64,000 nucleotides of DNA, taken from positions 434,001 through 498,000 of the forward strand of contig NMRA01000210.1 in the NCBI GenBank assembly GCA_002633005.1, read 5' to 3'. A program made the translations under genes and the position numbers. This document shows positions 1 through 12,101 of the stretch, piece by piece; the stretch's first letter is position 1, and each line of letters opens with the position of its first letter. Below the pieces are notes generated by a model that was given only the letters and a program-made list of their open reading frames with translations, was not told where the DNA came from and did no database searches. Origin of the DNA: Phoronis australis (lineage: Eukaryota > Animalia > Phoronida).

Positions 1-358
1 TGTTGGAGTAATATCTGTTGTATATTTGTCATGTATTTCACGATTTATTCTCAAAAGAATTTTAAGTGTGCTTGTTTAAGATATGCAAATATACAAAGAA
101 TAGATCCCTGCACCTCTGATTGAAGCTTAGGCCATAGGCAGACTTAGGAGTCCCCAGGCCCCCTTGTGAGCATGACCAACACAAACATTTTTCCTTCAAG
201 GTTGAGGATGTACCCTGTTTTAACATCCGAAGTCCATCAATCCTAGACACTTTTTTGAAAAAATATTTCCGTTACAAGCGCATGGGCTTAATTATGTGCT
301 TTGACGCTAATCTTGGTTATGTCCTGGTAGAGAAATTATTTCCACGCTCTTGTTACAG

Positions 359-566
359 ACACGGACACCCAGACCACATATCAGCCATTACGCAACACGC
401 AAACAAGCGCCATCTGACAGGACTGCCTCCAGCCACGTACTACATGATGCCCCACCTCGTGGACAATGTTCGAACTCTTCTGAAAATTAGTGAAGCGATG
501 ATGAATGCTGAAGGAATGTTTGATGCTGTCTCACTGTCTCCAGTGTCAGTTGGCGATGAGATACAG
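359..566 (+). CDS. TM-type short tRNase Z (TRZ1-like metallo-beta-lactamase), internal exon with motif II HxHxDH; 5' exons lie upstream of the window
   Basis: Acceptor tgttacag at 351-358. Reads HGHPDHISAITQHANKRHLTGLPPATYYMMPHLVDNVRTLLKISEAMMNAEGMFDAVSLSPVSVGDEIQ. The 3' boundary at 566 (CAG|gctggt) is inferred from phase matching with the next exon. Confidence 0.85.
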
Positions 567-735
567 GCTGGTACTCTAACATTTGTTTAAGATAATCGAT
601 GACTTCAGTGTTCTTATTTGATGATCATTTTACATTTTCTACTTTGTTTTACTTGTCATGGGACATAACTCTTTACATTCAAATATCAAAACCAAAATAA
701 ATCAGCTCATTAGGCAACTTATCACCATTTAATTA

Positions 736-1174
736 CTGTGAATTTCTGTAGATAAACCCCTGGGTGTGTATTCGTAAAATGAATTTTTTCAGGCGTTTTA
801 GCAAAACCAAATAAACATTCAGGCGTTTATTCAGAAAAGGTGGCGTGTAAACGGAAAGTCAAAATTTTTGCTTGACTTGGCACTCTTTTACTTAAAACTG
901 TGTTTTTAAATTTTTTGTTAATAAATTCATAGCTCACCAACTCCCTGTTCGTTTTTATAAATAATAAGTGCTCCACAAAGCTGAATTTGTGACAAAAAGT
1001 TGACGCTGAGTGGGCTTTTAAGAAGAAAATTTCCAAATAAACGTCCCACTGTCTGGACACTTGACACCACAAGTTGTAACACCAAATAAATGCCCATGGG
1101 TGTATTTGGCATGATTTCCTGATTAAACGCCCATGGGCATTTTATCGGGTGGGCTTATCTACGGAAAACCCCAA
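736..1174. mobile_element. TA-flanked MITE (Tc1/mariner-pogo type), degenerate
   Basis: ta|ctgtgaatttctgtagataaaccc ... gggcttatctacggaaaaccccaa|ta imperfect TIRs; internal cccatgggtgtatt and ggcgtttatt repeats. Confidence 0.6.
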
Positions 1175-2269
1175 TATCAGTATAAGTTTTTATGCTGTGT
1201 TAATGAAAACGTGACCTCACAAATATCACGTGACCAACTGTTGTGTTGCCACAGCGTTTTTGACAAAGGTCAGACTACGCGTAACACGTTTGCATCTAGG
1301 TAAGAATCAGCGCATGGGCGATTCCATCATGGCTCTCTTCAAAATTGGTGGAACTGTTTGACACCACATTTACGCAAATCTAGGTTTTTATAATTTGGCT
1401 GATGGCTTACTGAAGTTTGTGCTTATTACCACTCCTGGGAACATTTTAACACCGAAAATATTCAACCTAAGTAGATGATTTTTTGTCAGTCTGTAGCTCT
1501 TACTCTATTCTATTCACCCACTTTAGTTATGGAATGATGGTTCAAAACTGTGTCCTTCAAGGGCAAATTACAAAAACATGGCAAAAGACATTTGTATGTA
1601 GTTGTGTAAGATGTAGCCTAATAGTTCCAGAACGGTCCCCCAAAAGCTTTGTATGGACTACAGGACACTATGCACAGTACACTTTGCCAAAATTTGATTT
1701 TTTCGTCCTTTTTGTTATATCATCACGAGTAAGAATTCAAGTTTATATTTTAAAGTATTTTTATATATTGTATAGTCAATATAGTTTACAGAACTGCTTG
1801 CAGTTTTAATAGAATTTTCCATGTACATTGGGCCTACCTGATAGTTTGTTTTCAAACCCATGAAATTCAACTAGCAGTAAATGAATTCACATTCAAACAC
1901 CTATATTAATATGGAAGGCCCCGCTGTTCGACCCCCCCTTTCGGCGAGGCCGCCTATATTAATATAGCCGGCCTTCCTTTTGAGATCCGAAATTCAATTT
2001 TTTGCCTCTGTCATTTTAATAAGAATAAGTCATTTTAAATAATAAGCTGTTTGATGTATTTTAATGTCACATAATCATTGCCCATGGTCATATTTGTCGT
2101 CTGTGTTTTTACTATTTAATTAAGGAAGTTTTTTCCTTAAAATTTTCGACACTTTCTTGTATTGCTGTTTTGTTATTGGGTATGTATATAGATTGTCCTG
2201 TTGGTTTTATTAGTTTAGTCAATGCTAGAGTATCACTGTTGTCAACCAAGAGGGTATCTCATCTCTCAC

Positions 2270-2580
2270 TGAACACAAATGGCGCAGCTGGACAATGAGG
2301 GTGTAAAAATGCGTTTGTGGGTCACTGATGTGTTTAAATCCTCCCAACTTGAATAATTACTTGGGATATCACCGTTTTGACAGCTTCAACGATTCACTCA
2401 CTGACACTGAAACCCCTAAACACCTGGTAGAGTCTTGCCCAGCTTTTTATAGTAGGCTAAGGAGCAACCTACTGGATGGCACTGTTACATGCCTACAGCA
2501 TATAGTGCATGGCAACAAATGGAAATGTCTGTACGTTTCCTAAAGGAGACTGGCAAACTTGAAAACTTTCGTCACGAAGA
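2270..2580 (+). mobile_element. non-LTR retrotransposon (R1/LOA/I-like) 3' remnant
   Basis: ETPKHLVESCPAFYSRLR resembles the C-terminal CCHC knuckle (ETxxHLxxxCP) of I-group LINE ORF2. Confidence 0.5.
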
Positions 2581-2743
2581 GCCATAATAAGACTGTCGTG
2601 CTTTTGCTCAGGTGTTTCGTTTAATGGGCCCAACCATGAGGCTTGCACACATCTGATGCACCACAAATGACATCAGACCACCTGCACTGTTCTTCTTTGT
2701 TTTTTTAATCAAAAGCAAAACTCATATTGCAATACGCTCACAA

Positions 2744-2897
2744 TGAACATCTGAGACTGGCGCTGATTCAATGCCCGGCGCTAATTTTGCATTGAACTAT
2801 TAACCCCTGGCGCTAATTAATGAACATCTGAGACTGGCGCTAATTCAATGCTTGGCGCTAATTTTGCATTGAACTATTAACCCCTGGCGCTAATTCA
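2744..2897. repeat. 77-bp tandem duplication with internal GGCGCTAATT motifs
   Basis: tgaacatctgagactggcgct... occurs at 2744 and 2821. Confidence 0.9.
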
Positions 2898-3318
2898 AGA
2901 GGACAGCTTATTCAAGACCAAGCAATTAAGGTTATGTGTACCCCTATTTCACAGAAATACCATTGAAAACATTGGTGTTAACTATATGGTAAATCCCAGA
3001 CATGGTTTTTGAGCATTTTTGTCAAAGATGTAATACAGTAAATTTGAAAGGACTTTTTCCCTATTAATACAACTTTTAAAACACAGCATTTTTGCCAAAA
3101 ACGCATGATCACATGACTACGAGAATGGTACAATGTTGTGATTGGCATGATTAGATTTGTCTTGATTCCTAGTTTCCGAAAATATACGCTTTTATGATTT
3201 GATAGTCGCTAGTTACTTAGACATTTCAAGAAGAAAAAATTAATTAGGGGGTGCACGTAAACTTAATCATGCCTAGACATTGATACATAATTATACAGAA
3301 ACCTTTTCTGGTTTCCAG

Positions 3319-3511
3319 CTTCCCAATGCTGTCAGTGCCAGACCCTTCCCCACAACACACAGTATACCCAGCCAAGGATACATCGTGTACAAAAGAATGG
3401 ATAAACTGAATGAAGACTACAAAGGCTTGTCCCACATGGAGATCTCAAAGCTTGTGAGGGCTGGTGTCCAAGTGAAGGATTCTACTGTCACCCCTCAGGT
3501 GGCTTTCACCG
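3319..3511 (+). CDS. TM-type short tRNase Z, exon with motif III, KL flexible-arm motif and start of motif IV
   Basis: Acceptor ttttctggtttccag, donor G|gtaagt at 3512. Reads LPNAVSARPFPTTHSIPSQGYIVYKRMDKLNEDYKGLSHMEISKLVRAGVQVKDSTVTPQVAFT(G), matching the TRZ1 pattern H-x-I-x-SQGY...KL-x2-(E/D)Y-x-GL...EI-x2-L...P-(E/Q)-VAFTGD. Confidence 0.92.
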
Positions 3512-4289
3512 GTAAGTGCTGGCAGCCAATGGGATTGGCAGGAAGTGTGGGACCACAGTTGGGGGGAGGGTGGAGTTGAAGCAGTGTTGGGATGTCACAG
3601 CCATTGGTCAGGAGTTGATGTTGACCACAGAGGGAAGGTCTCTGCCAGTTGGAGGTGCGCAACCACCTAGATATGTCGCGTTAAGCCTCAGGAATAAGTT
3701 AGGACCTACTTGATTTAGTGATCGATAACAGTTACGACACTCTCAGTATTACACTCTTTTTAACCTATTAGGTAACTGATTTAGAGGAAATTAGTGCCAG
3801 CAAACCAACCGACAGTAATCTGTAGTCACTTTCTGGGATGTATAGGATACATAGTGTCAGGCACCAGGCTTCAAATTCTTGAGGCAGTGTATGTACCAAA
3901 CAGTGTGATCCATTATGTTAAATGAAAGTGGATCATAACGTGGAATTGTAGTGAGGACTTGACAGGGACCTCAGGGGTCTCACGCTCCCCTGGCTTATCT
4001 CTACTAATTTGAAAAGGCTTTGTCCAGTCACAATTTTTATGTCCTGAAAGAGATAATGACACCTGCAGCTGACACAACAAGTAGAACTACTCTCGTTTAT
4101 CATATTGGTGTAGACTCACAATAGAACTGTGGTTTTCTGTGGAGCCTAGACTGTCTGGACCATATACCAGCTCCGTATGGTCTCTCACGACAATTTAACG
4201 TTGTGTAGAGCAGCTGACGCAGCAAGTAGAACTACTCTCGTTTATCACATTGGTGTAGACTCACAACAGAACTGTCACAGTGGTTTTCT

Positions 4290-5557
4290 GTGGAGCCACA
4301 CTGTCTGGAGTTGCACCAAATACCAACTCCGATAGTGTTATGTAGAGCAGTGAGGGGGCATATGTTGGTAGACTCAGCACAGAATGCTATCATAACAGCC
4401 AGGGCGTTCAACATCCCACTTCCAAATATTGACAGATCAAATAACGCCAATCCAGAACCAGTGACTTCAGGATTTGAAGAAAGAAGTTCCGGTTCTTCAG
4501 AAATTTCGGGAGTCCCGAATGTCACCAACACAGAACACACCGATTCCGTGCCAAGAGGTGGAGCAATGCAATGCTTGTACAAAAGTGTTGGCTCTTCAGA
4601 ATATGGAGACAGATTCTTCAGACATCCCAACTGATCGCATAACTAGAGATGTATGCTCTAGGACATGCAATGCACAGGCAGTGTTCCGATTCTGAACCTT
4701 GGATTGTGCAGTGGAATATCCTCACGAGAGTTCATTTCTGGCTTCCGACATACTGCCACTCGTATATTCAAACATGGCTAAATCAGAGTATAGGTTTCAG
4801 AATTTGCAGTGACAGAATGGTTCTTCAGAAGAATCAATGGCCTCTGATATAACTGATGATGATTTGAAAGCTGGTCTGAAGCCGTATGATGATCTTATTG
4901 CTGGCATGACATCTATGTGCGTCGATGTACTCTCGTCGGAGTGTCTTGTAGGAATCCATAAAAACAAACCACATAAGTCAGACTTGTCCTTTGAAAAGTG
5001 AAACCAGGAGTCTCTGACTACAGTATATGAAGATGGTTGACATCCTTCGACTTTTTCTACAAGCAGAAATAACGTCAGATCGGGAACTTCACCTGAAAGC
5101 AGTTTCTGAAATGCTGCCTTACTTTTGTAGCTGCTCATGTGGAGAATTTCTTACTTACACTGGTCAATGTTTAAATCAAGACGACACACAAATCTGTTCA
5201 TGTGAAGTTGTGCAACTCGAAGTAGTTTTGGCGACCATCTTGGAAAATGGCGGACGGTGTCACCCATGCCATGCAAAACTATTTCCAATGGATTTTTTTT
5301 ACCCACAAAAGATACATAAACCTTTTTGAATTTTTTCTCTCGCATTGCACTCTCGAGTTATAATGGTCATGTGCAACTCATGGTGGCCATTTTGTCCGCC
5401 ATCTTGAAATACTAACTTCCACCACACCGATTCCGGTAGACTTTACGATTTATGAAATAAAACCTGTTGCAATTATTTTCAGGTAATCCATAGAATGACT
5501 GAACTAAATGGTAAGAAATGTTATTATAATACGATTTTGCGAGCCAAACTCCATCTA
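4290..5557 (+). mobile_element. decayed DNA transposon, Academ-like transposase fragments plus 3' terminus
   Basis: Peptides RAVRGHMLVDSAQNAII and L*LQYMKMVDILRLFLQAEITSDRELHLKAVSEMLPYF. Subterminal CCATCTTG/AAAATGGCG motifs at 5230-5405 and a ...CTA end at 5557. A ~146-bp tandem duplication lies at 4064-4310. Superfamily named from memory of the motifs. Confidence 0.6.
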
Positions 5558-7188
5558 GTAGGTGGTGACTGTCTGTACCCTTTTTAGCCACCTGGAATAA
5601 TTTTGTTTTTAATTGCCCGCTCCATCCAGAACAAGATTGTTTCTATTGGAGTCTGAACATTTCATGGCGATGGTGGTCCAGGGAGAGAAAAATTAGCAGG
5701 GGGTGTATGAATAGAAGAATAAAAAGTTCGCTAGTCAACATTTCGCATCTACTCATTTAGTTGCAATAGTTGGCTGTGGGCATTGAGCATCGGGTGTAGG
5801 GAACATCGACCCCAAGAAACATTGGAATAGGAAAAAAAACAGTTTTGGGTTTCATCGGTGCAGCGGAATTTCTTAAAGCATTGGGTCTTTTATAACTGCC
5901 GGGAATCTATTCATTTTCAAATAAACCGCTGGCACCCAGGTGCTTAACAGAGCCAAGTTGGTATACTTGATCTTTCATATAGGACTGTTGCTGTTCTCTT
6001 TTGATATGCAGCTTGGGAGTGGTGCTCATGTGTGAGTTCATGCACTTGAATTGCTGGAGTAGGTCGACGCTCTACGTTGGCAACAACGTGTGAAAGACGA
6101 ATCATATTTAGTGCACGTAGCCCCAGAAACAAGTAAAAGGTTTGAGAATTTCTTGGCGTGGCCATCGTTTGGCGATTAATAGGGTTGTCATTTTCACCAA
6201 CCAGTGCTGCAGTGCAATGTCAGGGATATTATTATTTATTCGTTATAGTGACGTAAAGGTGCCAGTAAATCAATCAATCTCAAAGACAGAATATTCACCA
6301 CACCCCCCAGCCTCAATGGGCTTACTCAGTCACCTAATAGTAATTAAACCATTACATAACATATTGCACACGCTCAAATATGACGACTTCAGACTTGTTT
6401 ATAAACAAATAATTACTTCCAACCTGCAAAGCGTCTTGAATGAATTTCGCTAGACTTTTCAAGTTATTTTGGAATATTTAAGGTAGGGCAGAATCCCGTA
6501 TAAAAATGGTCGAATGTGAGTATATTTTTCACAATCAAAAATGAAATGAAGTTCATCTTCAGTTCCATTTTTACAAAAACGACAAATCCGTTCATTCACA
6601 GGAATTTCGAACAACCAGGGATATTGTCATGGATATTTGGTACATGTAATAAGGAGATCTTGCGCGAAAAATAAACTTTGATGTTTTCCCACCACAAAGT
6701 TTGGTAAGTTGATCACTTCAGAATCAGTAGAAACACCCTGTTTAGTGACGTTTTATCACATGTAATTTCCAAAAGTACCCTAAAATGTTAGCCAATGAAA
6801 CGTGTCAAAGATCGATCCTGCATTATCCCATGTTCATGCGACAGGAGGGCTGTTCTCAGTTTGTGTTCTTTTGAACTTGATTTCGTGACAACCAAATAAC
6901 GGTTGCATTCACTTGAAAGAGTTGCTTTACATTTGCCAGGTATCTGCTGAGAAGTGTCAAAACTCAACTCGCATACTTTGGAATTACCAGGTCGCATTTT
7001 GCAACTTGATACGAGCTGACAAAAATCTTAGCTCGCATTTCTAAATTTCAGGTCACAAATGCGACCTGCAGCTCGTTATGTCGAGATGTTATCGCACGCT
7101 CAGAACCCTTCACGTCTGGAAAAGTTGCTGAACGACAGAACGCCGTCATGTTATTTTTTAACTGTTTGAATACTTAAACTCATTTTAA

Positions 7189-7401
7189 AGCTGCTATAAG
7201 CCATAGTCTGGTGTTAAAAACATCCGCTGTGACAAACAACTAATGAGGCTGGTCAAAACAGTAATGGCCTGTCAGTTTTTTTGAACTAGAAATCACTGCA
7301 TTTCTAGTCTGAAGATGAATCAAGATGAGAGCAATTTTATAACAGTACGTGGCTTAAATCAGAAGTTGATTTTTGACAGAAGGTGCTGGTTTATTGCTCC
7401 T
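7189..7401. mobile_element. short Kolobok-type MITE
   Basis: TTAA|agctgctataagcca ... tggtttattgctcct|TTAA; imperfect 15-bp TIR, AG..CT ends. Confidence 0.65.
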
Positions 7402-8016
7402 TTAAGAAACAAAATTAGTTATGTTTGAGCATTATGTTAACTAGAAATGCCGACTTAACTGTGGTTGGATTTTGTTTTATGTACATTAGGTGATTCACTT
7501 GGATTTAGCTACTCCCGAGTGCTAATTTAGAAATTTGTAGTCAATAGTTAAACTTGCTAAAAATCCACCTTTTGTCAGTAAACTTGTAGTCAGTAGCCAA
7601 AATTGCTAAAACTGCCCAATGTTAAAAACTGAATCTTTATTCAATAGTTAAACTTGATATAAACCTACCGTCTGTCAAAAACTTTCTGATTTAGGTCATT
7701 TATACCTTTACAAAGCTAGCCTCTGTGTGCTTGCTCCTTACTCATATGAGAAGTAATTATGTGCTTGGGTTACAACTGTTTGTAGCATTGCTCAGCTTAG
7801 TAAAATGGGTGCTTAGTAAAGTGGGTCAGGCCAGCCTATTAAGCTTGGTCTCAAGCAATAGTCAAGTATCAGTTCTCACCAAGCTCTGCACTCACTTCTA
7901 ATCTGAGACCAGTTATATAATAATAGGGGACATGTTTAAAGCACCTTCAAATCCTTGTTTTAGTGCAGTTTGAAAAAGCCCGTTTTTAACTTGCTATTTC
8001 TTATTTGCATTTTTAG

Positions 8017-8327
8017 GTGATACCAGCTTTGACATTTTTCTATCTCCGCCCACCGAAGACTTATTGAAGGTGCCACTACTAATCATGGAGATGACCTACA
8101 TAAACGACGATGACGGCGTAGACAAAGCGATCTCTTTGGGTCACACTCATTACCAACAACTATTGGACAACGCCCACCTCTTCACACACGTTGGTGCCAT
8201 ACTGCTCATACATTTCTCTGACAAATATCCCCCATCCTATGTGCGGAAACACATTAATGAGACCCTGCCAGAATTTCTGAAGGACAAAGTTCACTTGGCT
8301 TTAACAGCCAAGACGATGTCTCCATGA
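8017..8327 (+). CDS. TM-type short tRNase Z, last coding exon (GDT, xExT, HxH and motif V)
   Basis: Acceptor tttgcatttttag; the phase-1 join completes FTGDT. Contains LLIMEMTY (xExT), GHTH and LLIHFSDKY (motif V). Stop TGA at 8325-8327. Confidence 0.92.
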
Positions 8328-8858
8328 TGATGTCTCCATGACGATGTCTCCGTGACACTGTCATGGTGTTTGTTAAGTGGACCTGGTTGTTGGCGAGCTG
8401 CTGAGCAGTTGAGATATCCATCCAATAGGCTTGGCCATCATCATTTACCAGAGCACTGACTTTTAATATCTACCAGTGTCTTTATTTTGACCTACAACGC
8501 GTGTCCTTACCATATGATTTTTACATAAAACTTGACTTTGCCGTAGGGCTTTCAGTTGTTGCTCCAAATGTACCCAAGGTATATTTTTTGCGACTTGTAT
8601 TTTGTGTTTGTGCTCAAAATGTACTACTTTTTTGACTGTTTAAATTTTTTTATATCCTTTATTGTGCAGAGTTGGCAAGGCAACTACACAGTATTGTTTT
8701 GTTGTGTAAATGTTTCTAAAAATTGGTAACATCGCTCTACTGAAAAATTTTAATGAAGCAATTTGCTTTTCCACCTCTACTATTGGACAGAATTCTGGTA
8801 TTTTAGCAGAGAACAACTGACCCATTCCAGGCTCTATTATTCAGAATCCAAAGGGGAT

Positions 8859-8864
8859 AATAAA
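8859..8864 (+). terminator. candidate polyadenylation signal of the tRNase Z gene
   Basis: AATAAA about 530 nt after the stop codon, followed by T/GT-rich sequence; not unique evidence. Confidence 0.3.
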
Positions 8865-11099
8865 ACAGTTACAGTATTGTTCTTCTCAGCCAGGATCATA
8901 AACTCTTTGTTAAGCTGTGTTTAGTTTCTCAGTCCAACTGAGACAGTATGTCTAAGAGTAGTGTTCACAAAGGACGGCTTTCACTGACCTTTCATGTCAA
9001 TGTTAAAAGGCCTATTGTGTGTGAATTACACCCATCCACAAGCTTCGAAGCCACTGCACAGACTAGTTACCCCCTCCAAGACCAAAATGTTAGTGAATAG
9101 GTAACTGTGATACTTGATTGGTGTACATTTGCTTCATCTTGACACTATGAAGATTGATGTACATAGGACATAACTCTTATATTTTCATCTCCATGATCTA
9201 AATTACAACAAAAATATAATCACAATTAAAAACAACATGTTACACACTAACTAAAAGTCTTTAAATTCCTTCTTGCAAATCATCAGAGGAATTTGAACAA
9301 ATGAGATGGTGATGATATGTGAGACTATATCTTAAATAACTGGTAGATTATAATGGTTTAGATTTACAAAAATGTCTGTTGTGGTGGTGTTATGCCCAGG
9401 ATAGGCTGGAATAAATGTGACATCGCCCCCATTTGCCCAAAATTGATCCAACTGATTGTGTGTCATTCTCACGGCTGGAAGACTTGTCGGATAAGTCAAG
9501 ATGGTGTGGGCTGAGATCGTTTGGATAAATATGGACACAACCTTTTTTGGAAGATTTAACAAGGAGAAAAAATATGAAGACCGAAGAACTGATTGAGGCA
9601 TTCGGTGAATGCATTTTCACTGACCCTTACCGAAAAACTACCATCTGGCACATTGTTGGCGTCTTGTGAGGTTGTAGAAGATGACGATAAAACTTTGGAA
9701 ATTGGGTAGTTATACTTAATTAAAGTTTAACATCTGACTGTAATGTTCCCGAAACTTATCAAGTAGCAAACTTCATCGTTTTGTACTTCGATGAGGGTGC
9801 AGTAGACCTCTTGAGGGTTTCTCAACAGACTTGGGAAGTAGTCAAGTGGGACAAAATCACAATGTTGTTGCCTGACCTCGCCTAAGGTCTATAGTTGGAA
9901 AACCAGCGTGAGGTCTTGCAAGCCTCCGACGATTTCCTGCTGTGCTGTAGCAGTGCTACATGATGTAGACCCAAGACTACTGTCGAGAATCACGTGCTCA
10001 CTTGTAATACATGGCGGTATCTCGATCTTGCGTTTTCGAGAGTTTCATGTGTATACTGGACACATCACAATACGTCAAAGGAAGTGGGACAAAAATCCAC
10101 TTTGATTCGTTTCTCAGTCGCTAATCTAAAAAAATGTTCAAAGAATGGTGAGCTATTATACATAGAGACGATACGACTATGCAAGCCAGACAGCGCGCGT
10201 GAGACGCGGTCCGCCGTATTGATAATGAACGCTAAGCCTATGTAAACAAAAGCACGGTAGCCTTGTGGAAGCCGGGGAATTTTCAGAATAAAATTTTGAA
10301 ATTTTAAATAGTAACGAGGTTTTAAAATATTGGTAGCATGAAGCAATGTAAACGTGACCCACGCATTGCTTAAACGGTCATATAAGGCCTTGCAAAGACA
10401 AAGTTCCTAATACTTTGGCTGAAATTCTCACATGACGAAGTGCTGCTAGGGCCTGGGACAGGTTTTGCCGGCTCAGTCGAAAAGACAGTCACTGAAATGT
10501 ATAAAGTTTAGAAAATGGTGTTATACAGCAACGTGACCCGACGCCACTTGCTTTATTCGAACAAAAGATTTGAGGCATGCGATCTTATGAAACACTTAAA
10601 CAATAAAAACCCATGGAAATCATGCGCGTACCCATGGGGGAGGGGGCTCGAACGCCGGAGCCCCCCCCCATAGGGCGAAGTGGGTAAATGTAAAGACCTT
10701 TTAATTCTGTGGTCAAGTATGCACTGGTTTTCTGAGATGATTTTCTGAAAATTCCAGTTTGCACTTGATGATCCTAACATTAAAGCCATGAGTTTTTACT
10801 TGAAACCCGGTGTTGTTCCCAATAGTGTTTCCTAGTAGATACTACTCTGTACGCACGCATCTCGACTAACATGGTCCGCTCAATGAAAACCACGTGATGT
10901 CAACTCTAGCTACATGTATCTCATTGGTTAGGCCATTGAACATGCTATTCCACCCGGGCAGATTAGTAATCGGACCGGGCAGAACAGTAATCTGCTTATA
11001 CTAAATTGCCCGGGCGAATTAGTATTCTGCCGGCCGAAATAATAATTTGCCCGAACGGGATAGTATTTTTTCCTTCAATGTCCTAACTGAGTCACCGTA

Positions 11100-11317
11100 C
11101 ATGCGCGCACCCAGCGTTTAATATGGGGGCTCAAATTTCTGGCGATGTGGACGTTTTGCTGACAAAAAAGCGGGAGGACTAAAAAAACTGGATACCACCT
11201 TCACTGTGCGTCTGCGCCTTTTTAGTGGACTTTTGTCTCGGTTTTCTCGAACTTTTTGTTTCCTTGATGCGGACCTTTTTGACCATTTCGCTCGAACGAG
11301 CCCCCCCCNCGCGCATG
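11100..11317. mobile_element. GC-rich MITE with CATGCGCG TIRs and 5-bp TSD (hAT5-like)
   Basis: ccgta|catgcgcg ... cgcgcatg|ccgta; a related left end catgcgcgtaccca is at 10621. Confidence 0.7.
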
Positions 11318-11419
11318 CCGTACTTATAGCAGTGTTTGTGAAACGTTAGGAATTACGAAGTCGACACAAGGTTCTTTTTGGTTATGTAGGACAATAGACA
11401 GGTGTCCAAATTTGGATGC

Positions 11420-11914
11420 CAACTTCCTGATATCATATTTAAAAAATGGCCGATTGGATTCAAATGAAACTTTTACGTAGGCCTGCTAAGCTTTATGCAC
11501 TGTTGTCCGAAACGACGTTATGAATTGTTTCAAAATGATCCATTTCAGTCCGCATGAAATGCTGTCACAAATAGTTTTTGTGTCTTGTTAACAAAATCAA
11601 AATTTGCATATTAAGAAAACGAAATTATACTTTAGAAAAATACATTACCTTTTTTGAGATTTCAACTTGAACATTTTTATTAAAAGGTATTTGGATTTGC
11701 TGTTGATGCCGTTGTTTTTCTATGAATGTACCTTTATTTGTTAAACTTTACTTAAAAAGACATAGACACCTGACACAATCAATGTCAGATTTGCATAAAA
11801 TCAAAAAACAAATTACAGAGTCTTTATACTTTCAGGAAATGTGTACTTTTACTGAGAATTCTGTGATTTTGGAGATATTTCACTGGATGCAAACGCTTGT
11901 TTATAAGGTCTTAT
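11420..11914. mobile_element. non-autonomous DNA element, copy 1 (related to 50783-51261)
   Basis: Shares gattcaaatgaaacttt, tatga(a/g)tgtaccttt and the terminal ataaggtctt with the copy at 50783-51261. Confidence 0.6.
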
Positions 11915-11925
11915 AAAAGCTTGAG

Positions 11926-12101
11926 TTGGCTAAAAAATAAAAAAAAAATCCAATTGTGTCTTTCAATCTCATAAAACCGGTCCCATAATATTCCTTATGT
12001 TGAAAGAATTCCATTTGCGTTACCAACGGTCCCACAGCAGGTAATGCGCCATTTTATGAGAGTAAAAGGCTCAATTTGGTTTCCATTTTTTTTTAGCCAA
12101 C
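11926..12101. mobile_element. fold-back MITE
   Basis: gttggctaaaaaa ... ttttttagccaac with inner ctcataaaa/ttttatgag pairing; a related end is at 15901. Confidence 0.6.
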
